A DNA stretch of 64,000 nt from Heterodontus francisci (lineage: Eukaryota). Location: positions 41,865,200 to 41,929,199 of the forward strand of contig NC_090371.1 of assembly GCF_036365525.1 (NCBI RefSeq), read 5' to 3'. A model generated the notes under the pieces. The model was not told the origin of the DNA and ran no database searches. It saw only the letters and a list, made by a program, of their open reading frames with translations. Shown here piece after piece: positions 48,895-63,209 of this stretch; within the stretch, counting starts at the first letter, position 1, and the number at the start of each line of letters is the position of its first letter. A program made the position numbers and the translations under genes.

Positions 48895-49581
48895 AAAGAA
48901 AACTGTCGAGGAAGTAAGGGGCCTTGGAGTGAACGTCCACAGATCCCTGAAGGTAGCAGGACTGGTCGAGAAGGTGGTTAAGGCGGCATATGGAATCCTT
49001 TCCTTTATTAGCTGAGGTATAGAATACAAGAGCAGGGAGGTTATGCTGGAACTGTGTAACTCAAGTTAGGCTGTGTGCAGTTCTGGTCACCTCATTACAG
49101 AAAGGATATAATTGCACTTGAGAGGGTACAGAGATGATTTACTAAGATGCTGCCAGGACTGGAAAAATGCAGTGATGAGGAATGATTGGACAGGCTGAGA
49201 GGAGACCTGATTGAAATGTACAAAATTTTGAGGGGCCTGGATAGAGTGGAGGTGAAGGGTCTATTTACCTTAGCAGAGAGGTCAGTGACGAGGGGGCATA
49301 GATTTAAAGTGATTGGTAGAAAAACTAGAGGGGCGATGAGGAAATACTTTTTCACCCAGAGGGTGTTGATGGTCTGGAACTTACTGCCTGAAAGGGCAGT
49401 TGAAGCAGAGACCCTCAACTCATTCAAAAGGAGTCTGGATATGCACCTCAAGTGCTGTAATCTGGAGGGCCGTGGACAAAATGCTGGAAGGGGTGATTAG
49501 AATAGGTGGATCGTTTTTTGGCTGGCAGGCACAATGGAGCAAGTGGCCTCTTTCTGTGCCTTAAACTTTCTATGATTCTAT
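48895..49581 (+). mobile_element. CR1 3' fragment, same subfamily as 476-1099
   Basis: ORF 49186-49500 is nearly identical to 504-1088 (LIEMYKILRGLDRVEVKGLFTLAERSVTR); same tail AAACTTTCTATGATTCTA. Confidence 0.92.
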
Positions 49582-49840
49582 AAAATCAGAAATCAGATGT
49601 TCACCCGAGTCACCACAAACTGTTGACAGCTTTTGGTGTTCTTGATGCAAATGCAGTTGCATTTAGAGCCAGGTTCTGAAAAAATAATTAATATATTTGT
49701 TATCGCTGCAAATGCATGTTTTTTTTTAATTGAAGCCTATTTGAGTAAAAGACACCAAATTTAGCTATTTGTTCTCCCATTCCATCTTCCATCATCATTC
49801 CTGCCTCCAGAAATTTCCTTTTGGACATTTACCTTTAAAC

Positions 49841-52800
49841 TTTTTTTTAATTTGTTCATGGGATGAGTGTGTCACTGGCTGGGCCAGCATTTATTGCCCA
49901 TCCCTAATTGCCCTTGGTGAGCTGCCTTCTTGAACTACTACAGTCCATGTGGGGTAGGTACACCCACAGTGCCGTTAGGAAGGGAGTTCCAGGATTGTGA
50001 CCCAGCAACAGTGAAGAAATGGTGATAGTTCCAAATCAGGATGGTGTGGGGCTTGGAGGGTAACTTGCAGGTAGTGGTGTTCCTATGCCTCTGCTGCCCT
50101 TGTACATCTAGGTGGCAGACGTCACGGGTTTGGAAGGTGCTGTCTAAAGAGCCTTGGTACGTTGCTGCAGTGCATCTTGTAGATGGTACACACTGCTGCC
50201 ACTGCGCGTCAGTGGAGGAGAGTGTGAATTTATGTGGATGGGGTGCTAATAGGAACATACGAAGATAGGAACAGGAGTAGGCCATTCAACCCCTCGAGCC
50301 TGTCCCGCAGCCCAACTCCATATACCTGCCTTTGGCCCATACCCCTGAATATCTTTGCTTAACAATAACCTAAGACTTAAAATTAACAACCGTTCTAGCT
50401 TCAACTGCTGTTTGTGGGAGAGAGTTCCAAATCTCTACCACCCTTTGCGAGAAGTGCTTCCTAACATCTCTCCTGAACGGTCTGGTCTTAATTTTTAGAC
50501 ACTGCCCCCTAGTTTTAGAATCTCCAAGCAGTGGAAATAGCTTATCTTCATCTAGCCTGTCTTTTCCTGTTAATATCTTGAAGACTTCGATCAGATCACC
50601 CATTAACCTTCTAAATTCTAGCGAAAACAAGCCTAATTTGTTTAATGTCTCCTCGTAACTTAACCCCTGTAGTCCAGGTATCATTCTTGTAAACCTACAT
50701 TGCACTCCCTCCAAGGCCAAACTATCCTTCCTAAGGTGTGGTGCCCAGAACTGCTCACAGTACTCTAATTGGGGTCTAACCAGGGTTTTGTACAGCTGCA
50801 GCATAACCTCTGTCTTTATACTCCAATCCTTTAGATATAAAGGCTAGCATTCCATTAGCCTTTTTGATTATTTTCTGCACTTGCTCGCAGCATTTTAAAG
50901 ATCTATGCACCTGAACCCCCAAGTCTCTTTGGACATCCACTATACTTAACCTCTTCCCATTTAGAAAGTACCCTACTCTATCCTTTTTTGGTCCAAAATG
51001 GATAATCTCACACTTGCCCGCATTGAAATCCATCCGCCACAGTTTTGCCCACTCACCTAGTCTGTCAATATCTCTTTGCAATTTTATGCTATTATCTAGA
51101 ATGTCTACAATGCCGCCTAACTTTGTATCAGCAAATTTGGATATATGACTTACTAGGCCATCATCCAAGTCGTTAATGAATAATGTGAATAATTGAGGCC
51201 CCAACACAGATCCCTGTGGGACACCACTAGTCACATTCTGCCAATTGGAATACTTAGCCATTATCCCCACTCTGTCACCTACCACTCAACCAACTTCCTT
51301 ACCATGTCAATAATTTGCCCTCAACTCCATGGGCTTCGACCTTAATTAACAGTCTCTTGTGTGGGACTTTATCAAATGCCTTCTGGAAGTCCATATAATT
51401 AACATCCATAGAATTCCCCTGTCCACTACCTTAGTCACCTCATTAAATTTTTTTGAAGAGATTTGTCAGACATGACCTTCCAGTTCCAATCCATGCTGGC
51501 TGTCCCTGATCAATTGAAATTTTTCTAAGTGTTCAGTCACCCTATCCTCGATTATAGATTCCAGCAACTTGTCCACCACAAATGTTAGTCGAACTGGTCT
51601 GTAATTTCCTTGGTTCCCCCCTTCACCCTTAAAAAGCAGAATGACATGTGCAACTTTCCAATCCAGAGGGACCACTCCTGAATCTAGGGAACTCTGAAAG
51701 ACTATAGTTAAGGCATCTACAATGTGCTCCCCTACTTCCTTTAACACCCTCGGATGGAAACCATCAGGTCCTGGAGATTTCTCACTCTTTAGTTCCATTA
51801 ATTTCCTTATGACTGATGTTTTACTTAGCTTAATTATATTAAGTCCCTGTCCCCCATCAGCTATAATTTTTTCAGGACTTCCGGCAAGTTATCCTCCTTT
51901 TCAACTGTATATACTGAAGAAAAGTAATTGTTCAATATGTCTGCCATTTCCCCATTATCAACGACAATATTTCCAGTTTCAGCTTTTAGTGGGCCTACAT
52001 TGCTCTTGGCCACCCGCTTTCCCCTTATGCAACTATAAAATTTCTTCTTATTGATTTTGATGTCCCTTGCAAGTTTCCTTTCATAATCTCTTAGTAGCTC
52101 TTATAATCTGCTTTGACACCCTTTGCTGGTCTTTGTATCGATCCCATTCAGCTGGATCTGTGCTGCGCTTTGCATTTTTCTGAGCCCTTTCTTGTTGTTT
52201 TATGCTATCCCTAATCTCTTTAGTTGTCCAAGGCTGTTTGTGAAGTGGAGCTTTTTCCTCTCTGGTATATACTCGCTCTGTATTTCGTTAAATGTTTCTT
52301 TAAATATTCTCCACTGTGCTTCAGTCGTTTGACCCATTAACAGATCTACCCAGATACCGTGGACAGTCTGTCTTATCCAGTAAAGTCAGCCTTACCAAAG
52401 TCCAAAATTCTAGTAGCTGATTCCTGCTTTTCACTTTCAAACGCTACCTTGAATTCAATCATGTTGTGATCACTATTTGATAAATGTTCACGAACAGTTA
52501 GGCTACTAATTAAATTTGGCTCATTACTCATAACTAAATCTAATATTGCCTGTCCCCTTGTTACATCTAGGACATATTGCTGTAGGAAACTATCCCGGAC
52601 ACATTCCAGAAATTCACCACCTTTCTGACAGGTGCTAGTCTGCCTCTCCCAGTGGGTAAGTTAAAATCCCCCATTAATACTACTCTGCCTTGGTTACACA
52701 CTTGCCTAATTTGTGCATTTAACACCTCAGAACTGCTACCGGGGGTCTATACACAACACCTATTACAGTTTTAGATCCTTTTCTGTTCCTCAATTCCACC

Positions 52801-55015
52801 CATAAGGTCTCCACTGGATGCTTTCCCCTCATTATATCCTCCCTCACCAATGAGGTGATATTATTTCTAATCAGTAAGGCTACTCCACCCCCTCTGCCAT
52901 TTTCCCTGTCCCTCCTGTAAACTTTATAACCGGGTATATTTAGTTCCCACTCCCGACCGTCCTGCAGCCATGTCTCTGCAATGGCCACATCATAATCTTC
53001 CATTTGAATTTGCACCTGCAGCTCATCTAGTTTATTCCTTACACTCAGTGCATCTGCATATAGAACACTTATTTGGGCTATACACTCTAACCTGTCCCTC
53101 AGCACTGATGCTTTATTCACTGCTTATCAGTTCTCTCTTCTGGTTTAACCAGTATACTTCTTGCAGTTTGATAACTATCAGCCTCACCACTAACCTGCAT
53201 TCTTACCTTCTCCTTTAGCTTCCTGTTTTTCCATGCAACTGAACCCCGCCCCCCACTATTTAGTTTAAAGCCCAATCTACAGCCCTAGTTATGCAATTCG
53301 CCAGGACTCTGGTCCCAGCAGGATTCAGGTGGAGCCCGTCCCGTCGGAACAGCTCCCTCCTTCCCCAGTACTGGTGCCAATGTCCCACGAATTCAAGCCC
53401 ACTTCTCCCACACCAATCTTTGAGCCATGCATTTACCTCTAATCTTATTGACCCTTTTCCAATTTGCTCGTGGCTCAGGTAGTAATCCGGAGATTACCAC
53501 CTTTTTGGTTCTGCTTTTTATTTTAGCCCCTAGCTGCTCATATTCCCTCAGCAGAACCTCTAACCTCGTTCTACCTATATAGTTGGTACCTACGTGGACC
53601 ACGGCAACTGGATCTTTCCCCTTCCTGGACTCCAAGTTCCTCTGCAGCCCAGATGAGATATCCCGAACCCTGGCACCAGGTAGGTATGAGAGCCTTCGGG
53701 ACTCTCGATCCTGGCCACAGAGAACAGTGTCTATGCCCTTAACTATACTATCCCCGATTACGACTACATCTCTTTTCTCCCCCCACTTGAATGGCTCCCT
53801 GTACCACGGTGCTGTCGTCAGTTTGCTCATCCTCCCTACAGTCCCTGCTCTCGTCCACACACAGAGCAAGAACCTTGAACCTGTCTGACAAGGACAATGG
53901 CTGAGGCTCCTGCAGCACTACCTCAGAGATCCCTCTACCTGCCTCAGTCACACTCTCCTGTCCCTGAGCACTGGCCGAATTCACAGCAGTTAATCTAAGG
54001 GGTGTGACTGCCTCCTGAAACACAGCATCCAGTTAACTCTCCCCTCCCTGATGTGTTGCTGTGTCCGAAGCTCAGACTCCAGCTCATCAACTCTGAGCCA
54101 GAGTTCCTCGAACAGCCAACACTTGCTACAGAGGTATTCACCAGGAACCACGATGGGGTCCACCAGCTCCCACATCATGCAGGTACAACACATCACCTGG
54201 CCCTGCAGCTCTACTTTATATAATTAGATTTTAAATTTGTTATTTAAATTTCCGAATGTTTTTTTTTTAAAAAACCACTTTAGTCTATATACTTATAAAT
54301 CAATCAAGTCTTACTCTATGTTGATTAAATTACCTGAATACTGACCCCAGCTGCATTCTGTTTCCCTACTCTCACTGTTCAATGTGATGGGCTGCTTTGT
54401 TCTGGATAGCGTCGAGCTTAGAGTGTTGTTGGAGCTGCACCCATCCAGGCCAGTGGAGACGATTCCATCACATTCCTGACTTATGCCTTGTAGATGGTGG
54501 ACAGGCTTTGGGGAGTCAGGTGGTGAGTTACTCGCCACAGGATTCCTAGCCTCTGACCTGCTCTTGTAACCACAGTATTTATATGGCTGGTCCAGTTCAG
54601 TTCAGTTTCTGGTTAATGGCAAGCCCCAGGATGTTGATAGTGGGGGATTCAGCAATCACAATGCCATTGAATGCCAAGGAGAGATGGTTAGATTCTCTCG
54701 TTGGAGATGGTCATTGCCTGGCACTTGCGTGGCGTGAATGTTACTTGCCACTTATCAGCCCAAGCCTGGATATTGTCCAGGTCTTGCTGCATTTCTACAC
54801 AGACTGCTTCAGTATGAGAAGTTACGAATGGTGAATATTGTGCAATCAGCAGCGAACATCCCCACTTCTGACCTTATGATTGAAGGAAGGTCATTGATGA
54901 AGCAGCTGAAGATGGTTGGGCCTAGGACACTACCCTGAGGAACTCCTGCAGTGATGTCCTGGAGCGGAGATGCTTGACCTCCAACAACCACAACCATCTT
55001 CCTTTGTGCTAGGTG
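49841..55015 (-). mobile_element. Second, 5'-truncated copy of the tRNA-headed LINE family (own sequence 49841-50249 and about 54388-55015), split by a full-length CR1
   Basis: 49850-50249 aligns to 10719-11130 and 54388-55015 aligns to 11135-11770 (GVPQGSVLGPTIFSCFINDLPSIIRSEVGMFAADC). Confidence 0.9.
50250..54385 (-). mobile_element. Essentially full-length decayed CR1 LINE: 5' UTR, ORF1 (zinc finger/leucine zipper plus SGNH esterase), ORF2 (APE+RT)
   Basis: CCTCMMW...CSKC..(L-x6)n at 53990-54196; GDSIVKG, PGARV.D, HVGTN, ISGLLP at 53393-53869; IAETWL, GGGVALLI, VYRPP at 52719-53120; RT at 50370-51798. Confidence 0.93.
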
Positions 55016-55380
55016 AGACTACATTGTGGCGTATCAACAAAATCACAAGTAATTTTTTAGTTGAAAATACTTAAACAAAATTCCCTTGTATGGGTATGTC
55101 TCAAATTCTAATTTTAAACCTCACCACAAATTTGACAGGGAAGAATATTGTGAAGAGGGCAACTGATTTTGGTATTTTTATTTCACTGCTTACAAACAAA
55201 TCAAGTAAGCTTGAATGTCAGTGCTATTCTGTCGGAGAATGCCGGCACAGATATGATTGGCCAAGTGGCCTCTTTCTGTGCCATAAACATTTTTTGATTC
55301 TATTAACCAAAGCTCTGCTTTTCAATTTGTAATGGTGAAGGCACCTTATAACTGAAGCTGGATCAGTGCTAGGTTGGTCT

Positions 55381-56060
55381 GGAGGTACAGCAAGTAATTA
55401 GGAAGGCAAATGGAATTTTGTCCTTCATTGCTAAAGGGATTGAGTTTAAAAGCAGAGGGGTTATGTTGCAGCTGTATAAGGTACTGGTGAGGCTGCACCT
55501 GGAGTACTGTGTGCAGTTTTGGTCTCCTTACTTGAGAAAGGATATACTGGCACTGGAGAGGGTGCAGAGGAGGTTCACTAGGTTGATTCCGGAGTGGAGG
55601 GGGTTGGCTTATGAAGAGAGACTGAGTAGATTGGGATTATATTCATTGGAGTTCAGAAGAATGAGGGGGGGATCTTATAGAAACATATAAAATCATGAAG
55701 GGAATAGATAAGATACAAGTAGAGAGGATGTTTCCACTGGCAGGTGAAGCTAGGACAAGAGGGCATAGCCTCAAGATTAGAGGGAGCAGATTTAGGACTG
55801 AATTAAGAAGAAACTTCAACCAGAGCGTTGTTAATCTATGGAATTCCTTGCCCAGTGAAGTAGTTGACGCTTCTTCAGTAAACGTCTTTAAAGCTAAGGT
55901 AGATATCTTTTTGAACAATAAAGGAATTAAGGGATACGGTGGGAGCATGGGTAAGTGGATCTGAGTCCACGAAAAGATCAGCCATGATCTTATTGAATGG
56001 CGGAGCAGGCTCGAGGGGCGGACGGCCTACTCCTGCTCCTAGTTCTTATGATCTTATGAT
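55381..56060 (+). mobile_element. CR1 3' fragment
   Basis: ORFs 55418-55690 and 55695-55964; tail CCTACTCCTGCTCCTAGTTCTTATGATCTTATG. Confidence 0.92.
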
Positions 56061-56145
56061 AGACCCTTCCCAGAAAGTGGCCAGCAAGCTTGCAGACCTT
56101 TAAAATGTGGGAATGCATTCAAAGTTGCAATTCCAGCAGTTTTGT

Positions 56146-56527
56146 TGGCTCAGTCCTTAGTCAGAAGGTTGCAAGTTTAAGTTGCACACTAGATTTTAAG
56201 TACATTAGCTAGGCTTACAGTCCTGTGCAGTAGAGTCCTAAATTATCACTGATGCTGTACATCTTTACTGTTTCTCCAGAGATACAATACACCTGTTCGT
56301 GTGAGTAGTGGTACTCAAAGAGCAGACAATTCTCGTCATATCCTGGCCAACATCCCACTCCTTCAACCAATACCAGAAAAAGATTTGTTCATTTTGTTGC
56401 AATTTGCTGGAACAGAAAGGCAGCTGTATTTGGCCACATAACAGGATTCATGTACTCCAAAACAAATTCACTGTTCTAAACTTGGAGATATTTTGACCCT
56501 GTGATAAGGTGCTATTTCAATTCAAGT
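56146..56527 (+). mobile_element. Old DeuSINE copy
   Basis: TGGCTCAG..AGTCAGAAGGTTG head, AAGAGCAG..TCCTGGCCAACAT..TCAACCAA, and tail AAGGTGCTAT..AATTCAAG. Confidence 0.6.
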
Positions 56528-57239
56528 ATTTAATTCTAATTTCACTTTAGCAGCTTGAAGACTGAAAGTAATAACAGTGCTTTATAATGGCTTCATTTAA
56601 TCAGGTAACATCTTATTCATGCCGTGGTCCTTACAACAACCAGTTTTGATTCCAACCTGAAAGTCTAGAACTAGGCCTGCCCAGATTTAGGAACCATACA
56701 TGATTGCAGGTGGCACATGCACGTGTTACTTGCCTGATATACACAAAAACCAGCTTGAAGTTCAGAGCTAGATTATTCTAACTACTTATACTTGGCCACA
56801 TACTGTCACTATTTAGATACAAATTCATAATAAATGCAAAATTCATAGTTGAGTTCAGGCTGCGGCTCAAGATAGCAGCACACAATACATTGAGAGATGC
56901 AGTATTCGTGCGTTATTGCTAAAAATCTCTACAATGCAACTAAAATAAGTGTCCATTTACAGGAAGTCAGATAGAATATCAGATGAAGCAAAAGGTATTT
57001 TCAACCAGGTACTAGTTGGGTTTACCATAATGCATTGAGAAAATGGTAGGATTAAACATTGTATAGAATTTCTCAAGATTAGTCTCAGCAACATGCTGAG
57101 ACAGAGACTTCCAGTTACATTGTGCCTCTTGGGAACCTCCCAAAATCAGAGAATGCATGACTTCAAAACTGCAGTGACTTATGTAGATTAATATTTGTAT
57201 CTGTATGCAAAATTACTCCGTTGAATGACCAAAAATTCT

Positions 57240-57447
57240 GCTTTTGGTGGTGTTAGTTGAGACATCAGGGGAGCTCCCTGCTTCCCTTCAATTAGTGCCA
57301 TCTTAACATGCACTTGAACAGGAGACAGAATCTCAGTTTAATGTCTCAATTAAGAGGTAATGCAGCAGTCCTTCAGTTCTACACTAGTAGCTTGAATTAT
57401 GTGCTCAAATGATCCACTAAGAGCAGAGTGATTCCAACTGAGCCAGC
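57240..57447 (-). mobile_element. Old DeuSINE remnant
   Basis: GTTAGTTGAG..CTCCCTGCT..TAGTGCCAT..CTCAGTTTAATGTCTCA..AACTGAGCCA. Confidence 0.55.
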
Positions 57448-60400
57448 CTTATATTTGGCACTGTTTATATTTTCTGCCTGAAGACATTTGCCTACTGCCA
57501 AACCACCCATATTTGAATGTTCAACACCAACTCCTATGTACAACTGTGTTTGGGTTTGTGCTATAAAAGTCAATAGGTTTGGTTTAAATCAGACAATCCC
57601 CAGAAGCTTACTGTAAAAAGCTGGGATTCTGCTTTGGCACTCAGTAGATTTCCTGAGTGGATATACATTATTCCAGCATTATTTCTTTTCTATGGGACCT
57701 CAATTGCTTCACGAGGATAGTTCAGGGGAACCTTTTTACTGGTAGGCCCTTCCTGGCAACAATTCAAACCAACTGAGTCAGACAGCAATCTTTTATTCTT
57801 CTCAAATTATTTCAGCCACTGTAAAATTAGATCTATCACTATCCAAATCAATGTTCACCTTTCTGAAAAAGCAGTCAGTGAAAGATCTGAGATCTGCAGA
57901 AGGTAACACTGCTGCAGAAATGCTCATCAACTGCAATAAGCCAGCTGAAAACAATCATTCCTGGCAGCTTCATCCAGGAACTGCTTGCCAAGTTTCAAGC
58001 TCATTAAACCCAATGATATTTTGTAACAAGTTCACTCTGTTAGACCAAACTAAACTACAGAGAGGGAAATGAAAAGTGGAAGCAGCTGCGGCCAGCCTTT
58101 TTTTCTCCTCAGCAGACAACATCGACGACTGGAGCTGCAGCTGCCACATGAGAACCAGGCCCAAGAGCTTTCAAATTAACTCTTATTGCGTTGACTGCTC
58201 TTCCACTCATTAGTGTGAAACACTCGACACCTGAGGGGCCTCTGCATGCAGCAAGATGCTTGGCAAAACGAAAGAGGTTTGAGGTTAACAAGCAATGGAT
58301 TTCACACCCTAATGGATAATGGGGCCAAAAACTTGTTTCATAAAAGTTGAAATGGTCCTGGGACTTCAGAACTCAAAATGTAGAAGCTAGCCACACGTTA
58401 TTGAAAAAGCAATCTTCTTTTCATTAAGGTTCAAGTTATAAAGAGGCTTTTTAGCCATCAGTTCACATATAAGACTTACTCATCTAAAAGCTGGAGTTTT
58501 GCTTATATGGGAGTTAACAGCATATTGATTCTCTAACAAAGATGCCACAAGTACAAAAATTACTAACTTCAATACATCAAGCCCACAGGAGTCGCACTGC
58601 AAAGACCAATCGTCACTTTCATTTCATAATATAGGTGCTGAAACTTGTCCATGAACACAAATGCAAAACTGTTGCCCCAGTAATTCACTTCTGTAGCTCA
58701 GTGTAGACCACCAATATAAACTTTAGTGCAACATGTATAAACGATTGCCAATGATGCAACAGTTCATATGCAAGTTACTCTATCTGCACTTTGAACACAG
58801 GTTTTACTATCCCTGAGCCAAAATATTGCTACCCTAAGTGTCAAGAATACTAACAAAAGCATCTCTGCATTGGCTCCAGTAAAGTTCTATAGAAAAAGCC
58901 TAAAGGTAAATGTATATAAAGACAGTATGACCGCCTGAAAGTTATAAACTGATACAGTAAACTACTGCTGGCTGCTGCTGATTCCGTTTTGCGTTGTCTA
59001 TAAATCAAAGTATTTACAGCACAGGAACAGGCCAGTCAGCCTAACAGGTCCATGCCAGAATCACTGTCTTGTAATTGATTGTACCAAATTAGGAAAGGTT
59101 GAACCCATCCAGCTCCTCTAGTGTAATTGAAAATTGTGACCGAATTAACAAGGGTTAAATAAATACATTCCTAGAATGTTGATCATCGAATAAGAGATTG
59201 CATGACAACTTGGATTCTGACCAGGGCTTGTAAAACCCACTATAAAAAGGCTGAACAGAAAGCACCAAAAAGAAAAAAAATCAGAAGTGTGCACTGCAGC
59301 CAGCTCACAGATCCAACATCAGTGTCAACAATGCCAGTCTACAGGCACAGTAGCCAACTCCCACAGTATAATTAGCAAATCAGCTTTTCAGAGAGAGGGT
59401 TTTTCCATTAACTTTACAGTAGACCTATACAAAATCACAAAACTAGATTAGATAGGCCAAATGGCCTCCTTCATTGCCACAATGACTACGACAATACCCC
59501 AGAATAGTTGATCAGAACACAACGGATTTCAAATCCTTTGAATGCACTTATTCCTAACACAGAATTAAATAGTGAATTGGACATGGAAGAAGCCAGTTTG
59601 ATCCAAGCCAACTAAAAATCCAAACAGCTCATGCTTAAAGTTAACCTTGGTCTTCAAAAAAGCAAAGTCAGTAAACGTACAAATATATCTCAGACAAATG
59701 CATGCAAAATAAGAGATTAGTAACCAGAGAAGACTAAAATGTTGGCCAACTGAAAAATTGGCAAGTTCCACAAATCACTAATATTTTACCCCGTCGAAAT
59801 GCAAAATGTACACACACCCTCCCACCCCCTAATTACGACTATGAAAGTCTACACTAGCCCAGATTTTCTTTTCGGCAGAGGCTGAACAATTTTAGGTATC
59901 CAAAACCAAAAAACATCTCCTAGATTAGTGTTAAAACTCAGTCTGCAAAGTGGGATGTTCAGTGAAATCGTTAATGGTGGTCTGTGGTTATGGACAGATA
60001 GAAATTACACAGCCTCACTTTGCTAAGTATATTTCTCAAAGTTGTATTATTTAGAGGCTGGGAACAAACCCAGTAATGTGCTGCTAGTTTAGTATTACTT
60101 TGGCTGGAAAAAGTAACTAGTCAGAACCACTGATGGGGAAAGGGACACATGGGGTAGAAGTGAAAGGAAATGGAGGTGTACTCCCTCCACCAGCCCCCCC
60201 CCCCCCCCACGCCTTTACTCCCCAACATATTCCTTCTCTAGGTAAACTGAATGGAGGGAGTCCATCAAGGATTGCTTGATCAGTGGGGGAGGAGACTGGG
60301 CCCAATGAAAATGTTTAATTGGGTGAGGGCGGGAGGGTTAATTGTGAAAGTAATCAGTTTGGTGGGGGCGGATGGGGAAAGGAGAATGAGGTCTCACTTG

Positions 60401-60530
60401 CTCATTATGGAATTGTGTGGAGGAGATGGTACCATGGTGGTGGAAATGCTGCAGAGATGGGAAGGAGTATTCAACTCAGGGAAAGTGGCAGGCGGGGGCG
60501 GTTAGTGACCGAAGATTAACTGGGAAAACT

Positions 60531-60550
60531 GGGGGGGGGGGGGGGGGGGG
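60531..60550. repeat. G20 homopolymer (also C14 at 60194-60207)
   Basis: Read directly from the sequence. Confidence 0.9.
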
Positions 60551-63209
60551 AAAATGAATCAGCTCGAAGATGCAGGTCATAGTCAGTGCAGGGCAGCCAG
60601 ACCAGAGGAAAACTGGGCCACTGTGTGGGGAAGCAAAAGCTGTTTAGCCATGGCAATAGGGTGGAAGGAGGTCTGAGAATATACCAATGAAAGTGCCATC
60701 AAATAATCAGCTGGCTGTGCATGAGATCATACTGCAGCAAGTACCAAGGCATTCTCTCTGCAGCCCACATAATTTTTCCTATTCTGGGTTCTAATCTACA
60801 AACAGCCAATTTTCTACTCTGTGGAATTTCTCCTTAATCAAAGGTGATCTTCCCACACCCCAGAAAAAAAAACAATTCATATTATTCAGCCCTGATCAGC
60901 TTCCTTCCACATGACACAGCTACAGTTCAAGCAAGATTTTTCTAGAAACTGTTTTGCCTTAGTCAAAAATGAAGTATTAAAACAATTGAATGTCAGCCAT
61001 ATTAGGATTTTGTGGTCAGCTTTTTTGATTATCTCTGCATTTGCCTACTTATTGATAGCTGCATGTTAGCAATCACTGAAAATTGCAAACTATTTATCAC
61101 ATCTATCCAGATAGATGACTTTATTTGGCTTAAGTGAACAAGGGCTAATGTTTTTCCTGCAGATTTCATTCTCCCAGGCCTGCAATAAATCTGATTACCA
61201 TACACTCTTGTATTGGAAAGCCACACCAAAAGTTAATAGAATAAAATTTGCAGATGCAGAGACTACTTTCCCACTTATTCGCCTGCTCCATAAGTTACCA
61301 GAATGCAATACCCATAATGGGTTCAGCTCAGAATACTTTGTAACAAGAGTTATTAAATACATCACCTCCACTTGGGTAATGTGCACAATGGCAGGTAGGA
61401 CCTAAAGGTTGATGGGGAACTTGAGGTGGGGGAATCAATAGGCCAATTACACGGATTTCGTGCCAGTTCAAAATGGTTATCACTTTGTACCAATACTTGA
61501 AACAATCTAACTTTGACCTAAACCTAATTGAAACCGCTTTAATTCGAGACCATTTACAGAAGGATTCCCTTTGGTACATTTGCTTCTTTAAGCAATAGAG
61601 AAACTAAACAGTAGGGCCAAGACACACAGGACAGTAGTAGGAAGAGTAAGAGAAAACAAGGTAAATCAAGAAGGTGATTATATCACACCAAGCTTGAAAT
61701 TCAAATGTCTGAGGAATGTAGAAGGCAGGTAAGATGAAGGGTGCTAAAGACAATTGTGGCACCCTGAGAAAGAATAAATTAAGGTAGAAAATGGTGCGAT
61801 GAGTCTGGACTTCACTGAAAATAGAAAATTTTAAACTTAGCAATTTCAAAAATCAAAGTCAGTCTGCTGTCAAAGTTGTTTGTTCTTTAATGCCACAAAC
61901 ATTTAGATGTTGGGTATTACTGAACCGCAAATGTATTCATGTGCATATACACAGTGGCCAATTTTCCTTTCCAGTTTGAAGCAGGGTGCTAAAGCCAGAA
62001 TATTCTGCTGCTGTCTTGCATTAGCAGTATGCAACCAGTACCAGCAGAATAAGTTGCAGCGTTCAAAAAAGGTTATGCAATAATGTCTATGCTCATTAAG
62101 ACCCAGCTTCAAAAATCAAGCCACAAGGTCAGGTTTATTACACCTCAATCTCTCCAGATACGATCCGTCACACAAGCATAATCACACCACCATATAGTGA
62201 TAGAAATTCTTTCAGCACAAAATATCATGTAAGTGTCCAGGGAAAGGGAAAGAGACAAACTGAAATCACCTCAAAATCCACACATCTAAGGATTCAGCAA
62301 ATTCACAAGATGAAGGGCACAGATTGATCAGAAAAAGAGCAAAGTAGCAGATCTTAAAGAACTGACTCTTTTGGACATGAAGACAATACTTCTGAAGTTG
62401 TATTGAATAGATAGGGCTCAAATGTTTGCTTTTCAAAATTATATAAAAGGATGTTAACTTTTGGTCATTCTTAAATACTGTTAAATGTTAAACAGATGTA
62501 AAGCTGGTTTTATTTACAAAAGCCAGAGGAGAGCAAGTTGATAGTTCAGCTGAGGTGACTCTCAGCGACTATTGTATAATAGTTTCTCCTTCCCAGTTCC
62601 TGAAAGCACATCTATAGGCTGTTACGTCTTTTTATAGACCTTTCTGAAATACTAGAACACGTTTCTATTTGGTGTGCTTCATAAATCAGTGTCTGGATTC
62701 TGCACAGCCTTCCAAGAGTGTCTTCATAGTATTTTAAAAGGCAGTGATTAACAGCTGACATTCTTACATAAACTATTTTTGCTTTCAGCACTTTCATAAT
62801 GACGATCCCTTCTTCCTGCGCTCTTCAGTCCATTGAGCATTTCACCCACTCAAGTGTTGCTCGCTGTTTGAATAAAACTGTCCATTTGATTTTAGGTCAA
62901 GCAAACACAGATCAAATTAAGAATTAAAAACTATGGGGCAGCTGCTGTGAATTGCAGTATTCAGTGCACAAATGACTTTCAAAATACTACAGGGAATCAC
63001 AATCGAGCAATGAGATTCATCTTTCTTCCCCTGGGAATCACAACCATTTAATAAAGGAGAAAGCAAGCATTTTCAGTTTCCAATTTTTTTTTTATATATA
63101 GAACAAGTTTTTAAGCCAGTGTTTTCTAAAATATTTAAACAGTCGCAATCTATTGACATTATTTACAACGTGTTTAGCTTTGATTATATCCACTAATTGA
63201 CCCTTTGAG

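Noticed and set aside
62770-62880. Plus-strand acceptor-like TTTTTGCTTTCAG followed by AATAAA, as a possible antisense terminal exon
   Set aside because: Such motifs are common in AT-rich DNA; there is no ORF or other support.
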